Shown: positions 51,872 through 61,813 of the stretch, piece by piece
How the letters are laid out: the number at the start of each line of letters is the position of its first letter
Numbering within the stretch: position 1 is the stretch's first letter
Source: an uncultured Acidobacteriota bacterium
Lineage (GTDB): Bacteria > Acidobacteriota > UBA6911
Assembly: GCA_963827655.1 (NCBI GenBank)
Contig: CAWHCF010000029.1
Coordinates: 173,410 to 237,409 of the forward strand
Length of the DNA: 64,000 bases
Direction: 5' to 3'
Notes under the pieces: generated by a model
Seen by the model: only the letters and a program-made list of their open reading frames with translations
The model's database searches: none
Told to the model about the DNA's origin: nothing
Program-made: the position numbers and the translations under genes

Positions 51872-54800
51872 TCAGAAGTGCAGCTTCAGGACCAGCTCAA
51901 ACACTCGGGGATCGAACGCCCGCGTGATGGTGCCAAAGGCCGCGGTGCCGAAACTCGTGTTCGGAGCGGTCAGGGGCGGCGTGTTGGTAACGTTGAACGC
52001 TTCGACGCGGAACTCCGCCCGAAACTGTTCCTTGATCGGGAAAATCTTGGCCAGCATGACATCCAAGGTCTGATAGCCGGGACCCACGACGGGATTGCGC
52101 GAGCTGCTGCCAATCGTGAACTGTGGCGCCAGGGTGAACGCCGCGGTGTTGAACCATCTCGAAGTGCTGCGCTCTTCCGAGGGAAGCGCCGAGTCTCCTG
52201 TGCGATTCGGGCGCTGGATGCCAAACCCCGCGAACGCATTGAGATTGGTCGCTTGAGTCACCACCACCGGACTTCCCGATTGCAGCCGCGCGATTCCGGC
52301 CAGCTGCCAGCCGCCGGCCAGGGCGTTCTTCCAGCCAGTCAAGTTCCAGCGGCGCCCCTGGCCCAGAGGAAGTTCCCAGACCCACGATCCGGCGAACACC
52401 TGTGGAATACTGCCGGTGGAATGATCTTTCTCCAAACGCCGATTGTAGCTGTCCGCCGCCTGGAACGATGCGGCCGGCCCTGTAAGGATTGCTGCATCAA
52501 AGACGGCGCCGGCGTCGTCAATCAGCCTTGAAAACGTGTAAGCAGCGCCGAAAGTCACACCAGCGGAAAAGCGCCGCTCCAGGCGCGTCTGCAGAGAATG
52601 GTAGGTCGAATGCCCTACATTGTTCCGGTAGAGGGAGACCGTCGTAAAGCGAGGATAAGGCCGGAGCAGCTGCTGGCGGGCGACGGTGGCGCCGCCGAGT
52701 GACGATGATGCAGGAATCTCAGCAAAAAAGGGATTCGGGACCTGTTGGGTCAAAACGGAACCGAGCGCGAGTTGCTCGGTCGGGAGCTGGTTCAGGTTGA
52801 CATCTGGAACTCCCAGGTTCGTGAGTTTGGAACCCAGGTATCCGATTTCCAGGCTCCAGTGCTCGCCATAGGTCTTCTGGAGAGAGAGATTCCACTGCTG
52901 GGCGTATCCGCTCTTTTGATTCCTCTCCACTCCGAAGACACCCTGTCCGAGACCGCTGTCCGGATTGGGATCCATCACCTGCACGGACGGCCCGCTCGAG
53001 AGCACGAACGCGGCATTGATGTTGTCTAGCGAACGCTGTCCCGCGGTTTGAATAAACGGGAAGAAGGGCGTCGTAAAGGGCGTGGTGATACCCGCTTGTT
53101 CGATCCAGGTCAGACCGTATCCGGACCGAATGATGAAGCTGTTGCTGAGCCGGAAGGCGAATCCGACTCGGGGAGCGAAGTTCAGCTTTTCGAGCTCTCG
53201 CGCGGTCCGGGGCTGCCCATCCTTCCCGAGAAAGTCGAGCTTCTGGGTTTGAAGATTGAAGACGGCGGCGCGATCATCCACGACCGTGGATGGAAAGTTC
53301 AGCGTGTAGCGAACACCTAGGTTCAATGTCAGCCTGTCGCTGGCCTTGAAGTCGTCCTGGAAAAAGAATTCGGCAATCTGCGCACGCGGCTCCAAAAACT
53401 CCTGCTGGATGTCAATCGTGAAGTTTTGCACCTGGCCTAACAAAAACGATGCAAAGCTGTTGCCGGTTCCGGTCACCGGCGTTCCGGTAGCCGACAGGTT
53501 GGCCGTCAGAATGTTGGTGAACTGGAACGAACCGGTCGGACTGGGCGGCTGCAGGACATCGAGTCGCTCGATTCGCCAGTCGCCACCCAGTTTCAGGCTA
53601 TGGCGGCCGCGCAGCCAGGAAAAGTTGTTTACGAGTTGAGTCACGGAAGTGGTGAATTCGGCATTGCCGTTGGCTTGTGGTCCCAACTGCTGCAGACCCA
53701 CAACATCGTAGGTCGGGAGCGTATCCGAAAACGCGGATGCCGGTATGTTGGGGATTCCCGATACCTCCGATGCCGGCCTCCCGGTTCGCAACGATGCGCG
53801 ATCGAATCCCCGCCGCGTAAATCCCAACCGAAGCTGATTTACCTGGGTCCCTGAAAACGTCCAGTTGTGCTCCAGAGCAATGCTGTCGGCGCGCGTCAGC
53901 GTGTCGCCCACGACGCCGGTCGTGATAATGCCGCTCCCATCGGGCAGCGGCGTAACCGGCTGAGAGTCATCCCGCAGGTACTCGTATCGGCCGAAGATTC
54001 GCTGAGTCGAGTTCAGATTGCGGTCCAGGCGCACGCCGAACTGGTCCTGGCCGGTCCTCTCATTCCCGATAAGGACATAATTGTTGGCCGTCGCCTCCTG
54101 CCCATTGATCAACACATTGGGCGCGGGATAGCGGTCCACCACATTTCGGACGGCCGAGTCGAAGCGGTTCAAGGGGATTGTGTCATTGGCAAACCGATCG
54201 CGCACTAATCCTGAACCGGTCTGGCGTGTCGTCGTCGGATCGTAGATGGGTGTGCTGAAGATCCCCTGCCGCTGCAGCGACGTGGGAACCGTGCTGGTGC
54301 GCACGGTGCCGGTTTGCAGCCTCGTTCCCTGGTAGTCGACGAAGAAGAAGGTCTGGTTGCGCTGAATCGGACCGCCGAACACGAAGCCGTACTGATTGCG
54401 CCGGAACCGCGGTTTGGGCCCGGTGGTTGCGAAGAGGTTACGTGAGCTGAGCGCTTCGTTGCGCAGGAACTCGAACAGGCTGCCGTGGAAATCATTCGAT
54501 CCAGCCTTGTGATTGACCATGATCACGCCGCCGTTCGAGCGGCCATACTCTGCCGAGTAGCTGTTGGTCTCGACGCGAAACTCCTCGATCGCGTCGACTA
54601 CAGGGAAGTAGGCGACCTGCCCTGGTTCCGGCTGGAGCACGCTGATGCCGTCGTAGATATACTCGCTGACGCGCGGCCGGCTGCCGTTGATCCTGGGTAG
54701 CGTCGAAGCCGGCGGGAGCATGACCCCGGGAGCCAGCGCAACCAGGGGAATGAAGTTGCGTCCATCGAGCGGCAGGGTAACCACTCTGCGCCTTTCCACC

Positions 54801-55216
54801 GTGAAACTCACGGTCCCGCGGCTGGATTGAAGCAAAGGAGCCTCGGCGGTGACGTTCACGGATTCCGTGATGCTCCCGACCCGGAGCGCGAGATCGAGTA
54901 CCACCTGGTCTCCAACCCGCAACACGACTCCCTCTCGGCGCAACGCCGAAAAACCGGTTTTGGTAACTATGATCGTGTACGTGCCTGGCTGAAGGGCGAA
55001 GAAGTGATATCGTCCATCGTCGCCCGTGACAATGGCCTGTTCCGCCTCCGTGTTCACGTTGAGTAACCGGACGTCGGCTCCGTCGACGGCCAGTCCCGCG
55101 GGATCGCTGACCACCCCGGAAAGCTCTACCTTGGTCGACTGCGCGTGAAGCTCTGTCTGGAGGTGGGCCAACACCATCATGACGAGGACACTGCCAATCC
55201 AGCTTGCACGACGCAT
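51872..55216 (-). CDS. TonB-dependent receptor (Oar/carboxypeptidase-regulatory-domain type)
   Basis: signal peptide, G.V.DP.G..V N-domain, LPL.GRNF, EF.V.TN.YSAEYGR and a C-terminal LKLHF. Confidence 0.92.
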   Translation of the reverse strand: MRRASWIGSVLVMMVLAHLQTELHAQSTKVELSGVVSDPAGLAVDGADVRLLNVNTEAEQAIVTGDDGRYHFFALQPGTYTIIVTKTGFSALRREGVVLRVGDQVVLDLALRVGSITESVNVTAEAPLLQSSRGTVSFTVERRRVVTLPLDGRNFIPLVALAPGVMLPPASTLPRINGSRPRVSEYIYDGISVLQPEPGQVAYFPVVDAIEEFRVETNSYSAEYGRSNGGVIMVNHKAGSNDFHGSLFEFLRNEALSSRNLFATTGPKPRFRRNQYGFVFGGPIQRNQTFFFVDYQGTRLQTGTVRTSTVPTSLQRQGIFSTPIYDPTTTRQTGSGLVRDRFANDTIPLNRFDSAVRNVVDRYPAPNVLINGQEATANNYVLIGNERTGQDQFGVRLDRNLNSTQRIFGRYEYLRDDSQPVTPLPDGSGIITTGVVGDTLTRADSIALEHNWTFSGTQVNQLRLGFTRRGFDRASLRTGRPASEVSGIPNIPASAFSDTLPTYDVVGLQQLGPQANGNAEFTTSVTQLVNNFSWLRGRHSLKLGGDWRIERLDVLQPPSPTGSFQFTNILTANLSATGTPVTGTGNSFASFLLGQVQNFTIDIQQEFLEPRAQIAEFFFQDDFKASDRLTLNLGVRYTLNFPSTVVDDRAAVFNLQTQKLDFLGKDGQPRTARELEKLNFAPRVGFAFRLSNSFIIRSGYGLTWIEQAGITTPFTTPFFPFIQTAGQRSLDNINAAFVLSSGPSVQVMDPNPDSGLGQGVFGVERNQKSGYAQQWNLSLQKTYGEHWSLEIGYLGSKLTNLGVPDVNLNQLPTEQLALGSVLTQQVPNPFFAEIPASSSLGGATVARQQLLRPYPRFTTVSLYRNNVGHSTYHSLQTRLERRFSAGVTFGAAYTFSRLIDDAGAVFDAAILTGPAASFQAADSYNRRLEKDHSTGSIPQVFAGSWVWELPLGQGRRWNLTGWKNALAGGWQLAGIARLQSGSPVVVTQATNLNAFAGFGIQRPNRTGDSALPSEERSTSRWFNTAAFTLAPQFTIGSSSRNPVVGPGYQTLDVMLAKIFPIKEQFRAEFRVEAFNVTNTPPLTAPNTSFGTAAFGTITRAFDPRVFELVLKLHF

Positions 55217-55262
55217 GGACCTCTCCCCTGTCTATGGTTCAGCAGGCCTGACGCGGTGTTTT

Positions 55263-55284
55263 TAAATCGTAAATCGTCAATTCG
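55263..55284. repeat. 7-nt-period repeat family, short arm
   Basis: taaatcgtaaatcgtcaattcg. Confidence 0.6.
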
Positions 55285-55287
55285 TTA

Positions 55288-55324
55288 GTCGTGTTATCAC
55301 GACAGCGTCGTGATACAATAACAC
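55288..55324. promoter_or_regulatory. candidate operator: overlapping palindromes between divergent genes
   Basis: GTCGTG-ttat-CACGAC-agc-GTCGTG, including TATCACGAC-agc-GTCGTGATA. Confidence 0.5.
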
Positions 55325-55379
55325 ACCCGCTCAAGGGAAACTATTCACGGAGGTGTTGTCGATGATGTATCGCACGCGC

Positions 55380-55455
55380 TGGTGTTTCTTCGTGTCGTTG
55401 CGTCTTAGTGGTATTGGTTTGCCAGCGCTAACCACGAAGACACGAAGACGCCAAG
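55380..55455. repeat. 9-nt-period repeat family, inverted pair
   Basis: gtgtttcttcgtgtcgttgcgtcttagtggta ... aaccacgaagacacgaagacgccaag. Confidence 0.8.
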
Positions 55456-55472
55456 TGCAGCTGAGAAAATAA

Positions 55473-56591
55473 ATGGGCCGCGTCCAGACCAATCTCGCCA
55501 CGATTCGCAAGGCCCGCGGCATTGGCGCCGCGGAGCTCGCCCGGAAGGTGGGGGTAACCCGGCAGACCATTTACGCGATCGAAGCCGGAACTTATGTGCC
55601 CAACACCGAAGTGACGCTCCAGCTTGGGCGCGAGCTTGAAGTCACCGTCGAGGAACTGTTTTCGCTTCCAGGAGAGCGGCGGGAAAAAACGGCCACGGTT
55701 ACTGCCGAATACCTGGGACAAGGCGCGCCCGGCAATGGGCAGGCCGTGCGCGTTTTACGCGTGGGCACGAAGTGGGTCAGCGTGCCTGTCGATGCTCGTC
55801 CCTACCATCTTCCTGAAGCGGACGCAGTGGTTGCCGGTTCCGCCCGTCGTTCTCACAAGGCAAGGCTGTGTCTCTTCTCCGAGGACGAGACCATGCGCAA
55901 CAAGATCGTCCTGGCTGGTTGCGACCCGGCGACGAGCCTGCTGGCCCGCATGGTGGAAAGACTCAGCGGCATCGAGATCGTTCATGCGCCGGCATCGAGT
56001 CAACTGGCGCTCGATTGGCTGAAGGAGGCAAAGGTGCACATTGCCGGATCGCACCTGCAGGATCCCGATAGCTCCGAGTTCAACCTGCCGCTCATACGTC
56101 GTCAGTTCCCTAATCGCGACATGGCGGTTGTCACCTTCGCGCGCTGGGAGGAGGGATTCGTCCTGGCTCCAGGCAATCCCAAGCGCATCCGTGGCATCGA
56201 AGATCTGGAAAGGAAGAATGTCACGTTGATGAATCGTGAACGCGGATCCGGGAGCCGGGCGTTACTCGATGGCCTGATTCGCAGCTCCGGCCTGGCGATA
56301 AAGAGTGTTCGGGGGTATGAACGGGTTGCGTTCGGTCACCTTTCCGCCGCCCATGCAGTGCTGGCCGGTGAGGCCGACTGCTGCATAGCCACCCGGTCCG
56401 CCGCTCAAACGTTCGGGCTCGACTTCGTGCCGCTGCGCAGCGAGCGGTATGACTTCGTTCTTCACCGCGACACGCTGCGGCTCGCAGCCGTCGAAGCTCT
56501 TTGTGATGCGCTGCAGCGGGCGACACTGCGCCGGAAACTGGAGACACTCGCCGGATACGACACCTCCCAGACGGGGGTGGTTCGTGCTTAG
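55473..56591 (+). CDS. Cro/C1 HTH + PBP-like (molybdate-binding type) transcriptional regulator
   Basis: ELARKVGVTRQTIYAIEAG.Y.P HTH; AGCDPA, HIAGSHL, NRERGSGSR and ERYD. Confidence 0.85.
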   Translation: MGRVQTNLATIRKARGIGAAELARKVGVTRQTIYAIEAGTYVPNTEVTLQLGRELEVTVEELFSLPGERREKTATVTAEYLGQGAPGNGQAVRVLRVGTKWVSVPVDARPYHLPEADAVVAGSARRSHKARLCLFSEDETMRNKIVLAGCDPATSLLARMVERLSGIEIVHAPASSQLALDWLKEAKVHIAGSHLQDPDSSEFNLPLIRRQFPNRDMAVVTFARWEEGFVLAPGNPKRIRGIEDLERKNVTLMNRERGSGSRALLDGLIRSSGLAIKSVRGYERVAFGHLSAAHAVLAGEADCCIATRSAAQTFGLDFVPLRSERYDFVLHRDTLRLAAVEALCDALQRATLRRKLETLAGYDTSQTGVVRA

Positions 56592-56602
56592 GAGCAGAGG
56601 CA

Positions 56603-57415
56603 TTGTCTCAGCCATCCTTGAAAGCGATGGAAATGGGTTTTAAGTTCTTGCGACCCACCGGCAGAAAAGGCTGGCTGGCGGCCTTGCTGTGCGGTGCGAT
56701 CAGTATGGCTGGGTCGTGCCGGTCACGGCCGGACCAGACGGTCGGCATCGCCGTTGCGGCGAACTTTGCCGAAGCGGCGAAGGAGATCGCGCAGCTTTTC
56801 CAGAAGGCGACCGGCTACCGAGCGATTTTGAGTTTTGGCTCCACCGGGCAGCTGTTCACCCAGATAACCCAGGACGCTCCCTTCGAGGTACTGCTGGCGG
56901 CGGACCAGGAAGCTCCAAGGAAGGCGGTGGCGGCGGGCTTCGGATTGGAGGACAGCGTCTTCACGTATGCGGTCGGCAAAATCGTTCTTTTTAGCGCGAA
57001 CCTCGATCTGACGAATGGCGAAGCGGTTTTGCGCACGGGAGAATTCGGAAAATTCGCGATCGCCAATCCGTTGACGGCGCCTTACGGAGCAGCGGCGCTG
57101 GAGGTTATGAAATCGCTCGGACTCCACGAGAGGCTGGTCGGAAAAATCGTGCAGGGTAACAACATCGCCCAGACGTTCCAATTCGTCGAGACCGGCAACG
57201 CAGAACTTGGATTCGTGGCGCTGTCTCAGGTTGGCGGCAAGGACGCTAAATCAATGTGGATCGTTCCGGAGAATCTGTACTCCCCGATACGACAGGACGC
57301 CGTGCTTCTGAGGAAAGGCGCCGGCAACGAAGGCGCACGCGCGTTCATTGCGTTCCTCAAAAGCTCGGACGCCGTCAAAGTCATCGAGAAGTACGGTTAT
57401 GCGGGGACGCCGTAG
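56603..57415 (+). CDS. modA: molybdate ABC transporter substrate-binding protein
   Basis: [27 protein letters not shown] and GFVALSQ. Confidence 0.93.
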   Translation: MSQPSLKAMEMGFKFLRPTGRKGWLAALLCGAISMAGSCRSRPDQTVGIAVAANFAEAAKEIAQLFQKATGYRAILSFGSTGQLFTQITQDAPFEVLLAADQEAPRKAVAAGFGLEDSVFTYAVGKIVLFSANLDLTNGEAVLRTGEFGKFAIANPLTAPYGAAALEVMKSLGLHERLVGKIVQGNNIAQTFQFVETGNAELGFVALSQVGGKDAKSMWIVPENLYSPIRQDAVLLRKGAGNEGARAFIAFLKSSDAVKVIEKYGYAGTP

Positions 57416-57432
57416 GACCTGGAGGAAAACGT

Positions 57433-58116
57433 ATGTTCGAATCCGGCGAACTTTGGCGTCCAATATGGTTGACGCTGCTGCTGGCGTCGATGACTACGAT
57501 TCTACTTCTCATCGTAGGAACGCCAGTCGCGTGGTGGCTGGCGCGATCCCGAGCGCGTTGGAAAGAGGCCGTCGCGGCCATCGTTGCCCTCCCGCTCGTG
57601 TTGCCGCCCACGGTTCTGGGATTTTATCTTCTCCTTGCGCTGGGACCCAGCGGACCTGGCGGGTGGATTGCGGGCCTCTTTGGTGGACGGTCGCTTGCGT
57701 TCACGTTCGAGGGCCTCGTGATCGGTTCTGTACTCTATTCGATGCCGTTCGTCGTCCAGCCGATTCGCAATGCCTTCGAGGCCATGGGCGAACGCCCTCT
57801 TGAAGTGGCCGCGACCTTGCGCGCCCGCCCCTGGGATACGTTCTGGACGGTCGCCATCCCTCTCGCTCGTCCCGGCTTCATGACTGGAGCCGTGCTGGGA
57901 TTTGCGCACACGGTCGGAGAATTCGGAGTGGTTCTGATGATCGGCGGGAGCATACCCGGCGAGACAAAAGTGCTCTCGACCGCCATTTACGATTACGTGG
58001 AATCCTTGCAGTGGGGGCAGGCGCACGTCCTGGCGGGAGGCATGCTCGTCTTCTCCTTCGCGGTTATCCTCTCCATGATGCTGCTCGAGAATCGGACGCG
58101 ACGGCGCCGGATATGA
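57433..58116 (+). CDS. modB: molybdate ABC transporter permease
   Basis: [15 protein letters not shown] and [21 protein letters not shown]; GGAGG RBS. Confidence 0.94.
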   Translation: MFESGELWRPIWLTLLLASMTTILLLIVGTPVAWWLARSRARWKEAVAAIVALPLVLPPTVLGFYLLLALGPSGPGGWIAGLFGGRSLAFTFEGLVIGSVLYSMPFVVQPIRNAFEAMGERPLEVAATLRARPWDTFWTVAIPLARPGFMTGAVLGFAHTVGEFGVVLMIGGSIPGETKVLSTAIYDYVESLQWGQAHVLAGGMLVFSFAVILSMMLLENRTRRRRI

Positions 58117-59293
58117 AGCGTCAAGACTCCGTGATCAGCGTGAGGTTTAGAGGCGTCCTGGGCAAGTTCGAACCGGATGTCGGCATTCGAAGTTCCGATG
58201 CATGGAATCACCGCTCTCTTTGGGCCCTCGGGTTCGGGCAAGACGACAGTCCTTCGTTGTGTTTCAGGCCTGGCACGTTTGCCGGGCCAGATCGTGGTCG
58301 GAGGCGAAGTGTGGCAGGACGGGAATCTGGTATTTCGCGAACCGTACCGCCGCCCGATCGGATATGTCTTCCAGGAACCGAGTCTCTTCCCCCATCTCTC
58401 GGTACGGAAGAATCTGGTCTATGGGCGCCACCGCGCGCTGAAGGCAGGCGCTCCGGAGGAGATCCGATTTGACGATGTGGTTGGACTGATGGGGATCGGG
58501 CATCTGCTTGATCGCGCGACAGCGGCATTGTCGGGCGGCGAGCGCCAGCGCGTAGCGATCGGCCGCGCGCTTCTCGCCCAGCCTCGGCTTCTTTTGATGG
58601 ACGAGCCCCTTTCCGCCCTCGATCGTAGCAACAAGGAAGAAATTCTTCCTTACTTCGAAGCGCTTCACGAAACACTCGCCCTGCCGATTCTCTACGTGAG
58701 CCACGACATCTCCGAGGTGGAACGCCTTGCCGATACTCTGGTGCTGCTGGACCAGGGAAAGGTCATTGCGTCCGGGCCGTTGGCCGATGTGTTGGCCGAC
58801 GGGCGGTTGCCGATTGCGCGCAGTCCTGAAGCCGCCACGGTCGTGGAAGCCTCGGTCACAGGTTTCGATTCCCAATACGGGTTGACGGAAATGGATGTGG
58901 ACGGCGAAGTCCTTCTGGTCCCTGGACGCGTCGGCGAGAAAGGAAGAATGCGCCGGATCCGGATCGCGGCCGCCGACGTGAGTCTGGCTCCGGATCGTCC
59001 GTCTCGAACGAGCATTCTCAATATTCTTCCCGCGCGCGTGAAAGGCATTCATCTAGTGGACGATGCTCAGGTCAATATCGTCATCGCGAATCGGGCATCG
59101 CGAGACCGGAACCAGATTGCTTGCGCGTATCTCCAGACGTGCGTATGAGACGCTCGGCTTCGTTCCTGGGCAGGATGTCTATGCCCAGGTAAAGGCCGTA
59201 TCGCTGATCGCGGCGGGACGTTCCTCGCCGGAGAACCGCGCGGCGCCGGCGGAATCGGCCGACGCGGAAGACACGGCGCAGCTCCAGTCGTAA
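58113..59293 (+). CDS. modC: molybdate ABC transporter ATPase (apparent frameshifts near 58182 and 59089)
   Basis: [16 protein letters not shown] and MDEP; C-terminal Mop/TOBE segment (ARISRR...LG...[12 protein letters not shown]) in the shifted frame; ATGA overlap with modB. Confidence 0.9.
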
Positions 59294-59595
59294 GGTCCAG
59301 CGGCCGGCCTCTCTGCGTGGCGGGTTTGGAACTGGTAATGGTGTTCCTGTGGGTTAACTGTGACTGAGTATTGCTGCTTGCGATTACGGTAACCATTATG
59401 GCCGTGAGAAGCTGTGAAAAATTGGATCTGTGGCGCGGCTCAATCAGAGCCGCGCGTTGAGGACAATCGTGAGTACGTACGCGTTCTTGCGATCTCACCT
59501 CCGCCGACGATGACGACGCGTGGGAGGTGCGCGTGTGACACCCGCTCACGATTCTCACGCGGAAGGGGCGGAAACGTACGTTAACAATGGTCTCA

Positions 59596-60525
59596 TCAAT
59601 TGGCTTTTGCCTGGGCCAAAATGCCGCGCTTGCGTAGATCCGCCGCAAGAAAATCGTTTATCTCAGCGTACGCCGCCAAACCGGTGAGACCTGCGAAACT
59701 CCCATCCCACCTCAAGGTCTGCGCCGCACGCATGAAGCCGCCCCATCCCGCGAGCGCGAACGCCCCACCGACGCTGATGCGTCTTACACCGAGTGCTTCG
59801 ATATCGCCGACCCTGAGTCCAAGGTCGCGAACAACCAAGAGGTTGAACGGCTTCGGCTGGACTGCTTCCACCAGCGCCTTGATTTCTTCAGGCTTCGACA
59901 CACCTGGCGCAAAGAGCACATCGGCGCCCGCTTGTGCGTACGCTTGCAGGCGGCGCACAGATTCGCGGAAGGCATCCGGGTGTCCAACGAGGTAGCACTC
60001 AGCTCTCGCGGTCAACAACACGTCGGTGCCAGACTGATCAATCGCTCGTCGCGCTGCCTTGACACGCTCGAGAGCAATAGGCAAGTCATGAATTGGCGCT
60101 GACGGATCGCCTGTAGCATCCTCGATCGACAGTCCTGCCACGCCGGTCGCCACACATCGCGTAATGCTGTCCGACACCTCCCTCGTATCAATCCCATAAC
60201 CCGATGCGAAGTCGGCATTGACCGGCAGATCAACTGCCGCTGTAATCTCGGCGATATGGGCCAAGCTTCGGTCACGGGACACGGCGATGTCGGAATCCGG
60301 TAGCCCCTGGGAAAACGCAAATCCAGCGCTGGTTGTTGCTAGTGCCGGAAAACCCAGATGCTGAAGATACCGCGCGGAACCGACGTCCCAGGGATTCGGA
60401 ATAACGAAACACCCTTCGGAGTGAAGCCTGCGAAACTCCTGACGACGGTCGTCAAACTTGGTGCGTAGATCCGACCCTTCTTTCGAACTGCTGTGTGTCG
60501 ACATTGTTTGTTCAATACTATTCAT
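59596..60525 (-). CDS. isocitrate lyase/PEP mutase family protein
   Basis: PNPWDVGSA, ATTSAG, PVNAD, GLSIED and GADVLFAPG. Confidence 0.9.
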   Translation of the reverse strand: MNSIEQTMSTHSSSKEGSDLRTKFDDRRQEFRRLHSEGCFVIPNPWDVGSARYLQHLGFPALATTSAGFAFSQGLPDSDIAVSRDRSLAHIAEITAAVDLPVNADFASGYGIDTREVSDSITRCVATGVAGLSIEDATGDPSAPIHDLPIALERVKAARRAIDQSGTDVLLTARAECYLVGHPDAFRESVRRLQAYAQAGADVLFAPGVSKPEEIKALVEAVQPKPFNLLVVRDLGLRVGDIEALGVRRISVGGAFALAGWGGFMRAAQTLRWDGSFAGLTGLAAYAEINDFLAADLRKRGILAQAKAN

Positions 60526-60777
60526 AGCGATCCTCCAGTTCGGACAACTAGCTTATCTTACTATCTCTCTGAAAGAGATCGACCATGGCCGGCTGCACGG
60601 TGGTCGAAACGCCCCGCTCGTGCGGCGCCAGCCTGACGCAATTGAGTGGCTGCGCATCGAGTAGATTCAGACAAGCCATGCGCTGCCTTAGTAGAGGCGA
60701 AAGACGAGGCGACACCTCAATATCTGGTGCAGTTGGACATTTTTTGTTAGTCAATACTTTTATAAAAAGCTCGTCTA

Positions 60778-61053
60778 TTAATGAATATCCGCGGCAATTC
60801 GAAGACAGCTCATACCACTCAGGTCGAGCCGGTAACATCCGCGGATGTGCGTAATCCGAATCAACGCCGTGTCGCAGCCGGCGCAGCGCAGGGTTGCGCC
60901 CATCCCGTGCCGGTAAAGGAGCAGTTCGCCGATAGGTCTCATTGTGCCGCAGCCGCCGCAGGTCGCCTCCGCGGCCGTCATCTCAAACGGAAAAATTTCG
61001 TTCAGCAATCCGCCTGCCGCGTTGCCGTCCAATCTCAAATTGTTATCCTTCAT
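60778..61053 (-). CDS. small 2xCxxC protein (DUF6510-like)
   Basis: LDGNAAGG.L.EIF..EMT.A, CGGC and LRCAGC; GGAGG RBS. Confidence 0.8.
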   Translation of the reverse strand: MKDNNLRLDGNAAGGLLNEIFPFEMTAAEATCGGCGTMRPIGELLLYRHGMGATLRCAGCDTALIRITHIRGCYRLDLSGMSCLRIAADIH

Positions 61054-61058
61054 ACCGT

Positions 61059-61808
61059 TCAACCTCCGGTAGGTCCGAATCGCTCCGTCTTAACGCATTC
61101 CGGTTTGTAGCCTAATTCCAGTAAATGATTAGCGACCGTCTCAACCAGCGCGGTCGGACCACAACTGAAAGCAATGGGTTTTTCCTCCGGCTGCCAAGCA
61201 GTTTCTGCCAACATCGCCCGGTCGATTCTGCGCTCATAACTCATCCAATTTTGCGGTTGCCGTCTTGTTAGAGTGTGAATGACGACGAGCGAAGAATCGT
61301 TCGCGGATATACGGTCAAGCTCTTCGCGGTAAATAACATCGTCGTAGGAGCGCGACGAGTATAGGAGTTTAGTCGGAACTGTGTTCTGCGAATTCGCGCG
61401 GTGGCGAATCATCGCCATCAGCGGCACGATGCCGCTTCCGCCCGCGACGAGAAAAAGCGGCGAGCCTTCATTCTTCCTGTCGCGAGCATTCCAAACAAAA
61501 TAGCCGCCGATCGGTCCACGCAACTCTATTCGGTCGCCGACGCGCAGTTCATCGGTTAAATAAGGCGAAACCTCGCCGTCCTCGATGCACTCGACTGTTA
61601 GCATCAAATATTCATCTTCCGGCGGAGAAGCGATTGAGTAGCTGCGCTGCGCCTGGTAACCGTCTTCCGCCGTCAGGCGCACGTCAACGTGCTGCCCCGC
61701 GAGGTGCGTGGTCCAATCCGGCACATCGAGAATTAGACTTTTTGCCTTCGGCGTTTCCTGCCGAATTTCGACTACCGTTCCGAGTTGCCATTTAAGCTGC
61801 TGCGCCAT
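61059..61808 (-). CDS. FNR-type FAD/NAD(P)H oxidoreductase without a 2Fe-2S domain
   Basis: RSYSIAS, GEVS.YL, GGSGIVP, CGP and a C-terminal ERFG. Confidence 0.9.
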   Translation of the reverse strand: MAQQLKWQLGTVVEIRQETPKAKSLILDVPDWTTHLAGQHVDVRLTAEDGYQAQRSYSIASPPEDEYLMLTVECIEDGEVSPYLTDELRVGDRIELRGPIGGYFVWNARDRKNEGSPLFLVAGGSGIVPLMAMIRHRANSQNTVPTKLLYSSRSYDDVIYREELDRISANDSSLVVIHTLTRRQPQNWMSYERRIDRAMLAETAWQPEEKPIAFSCGPTALVETVANHLLELGYKPECVKTERFGPTGG

Positions 61809-61813
61809 GCCTT

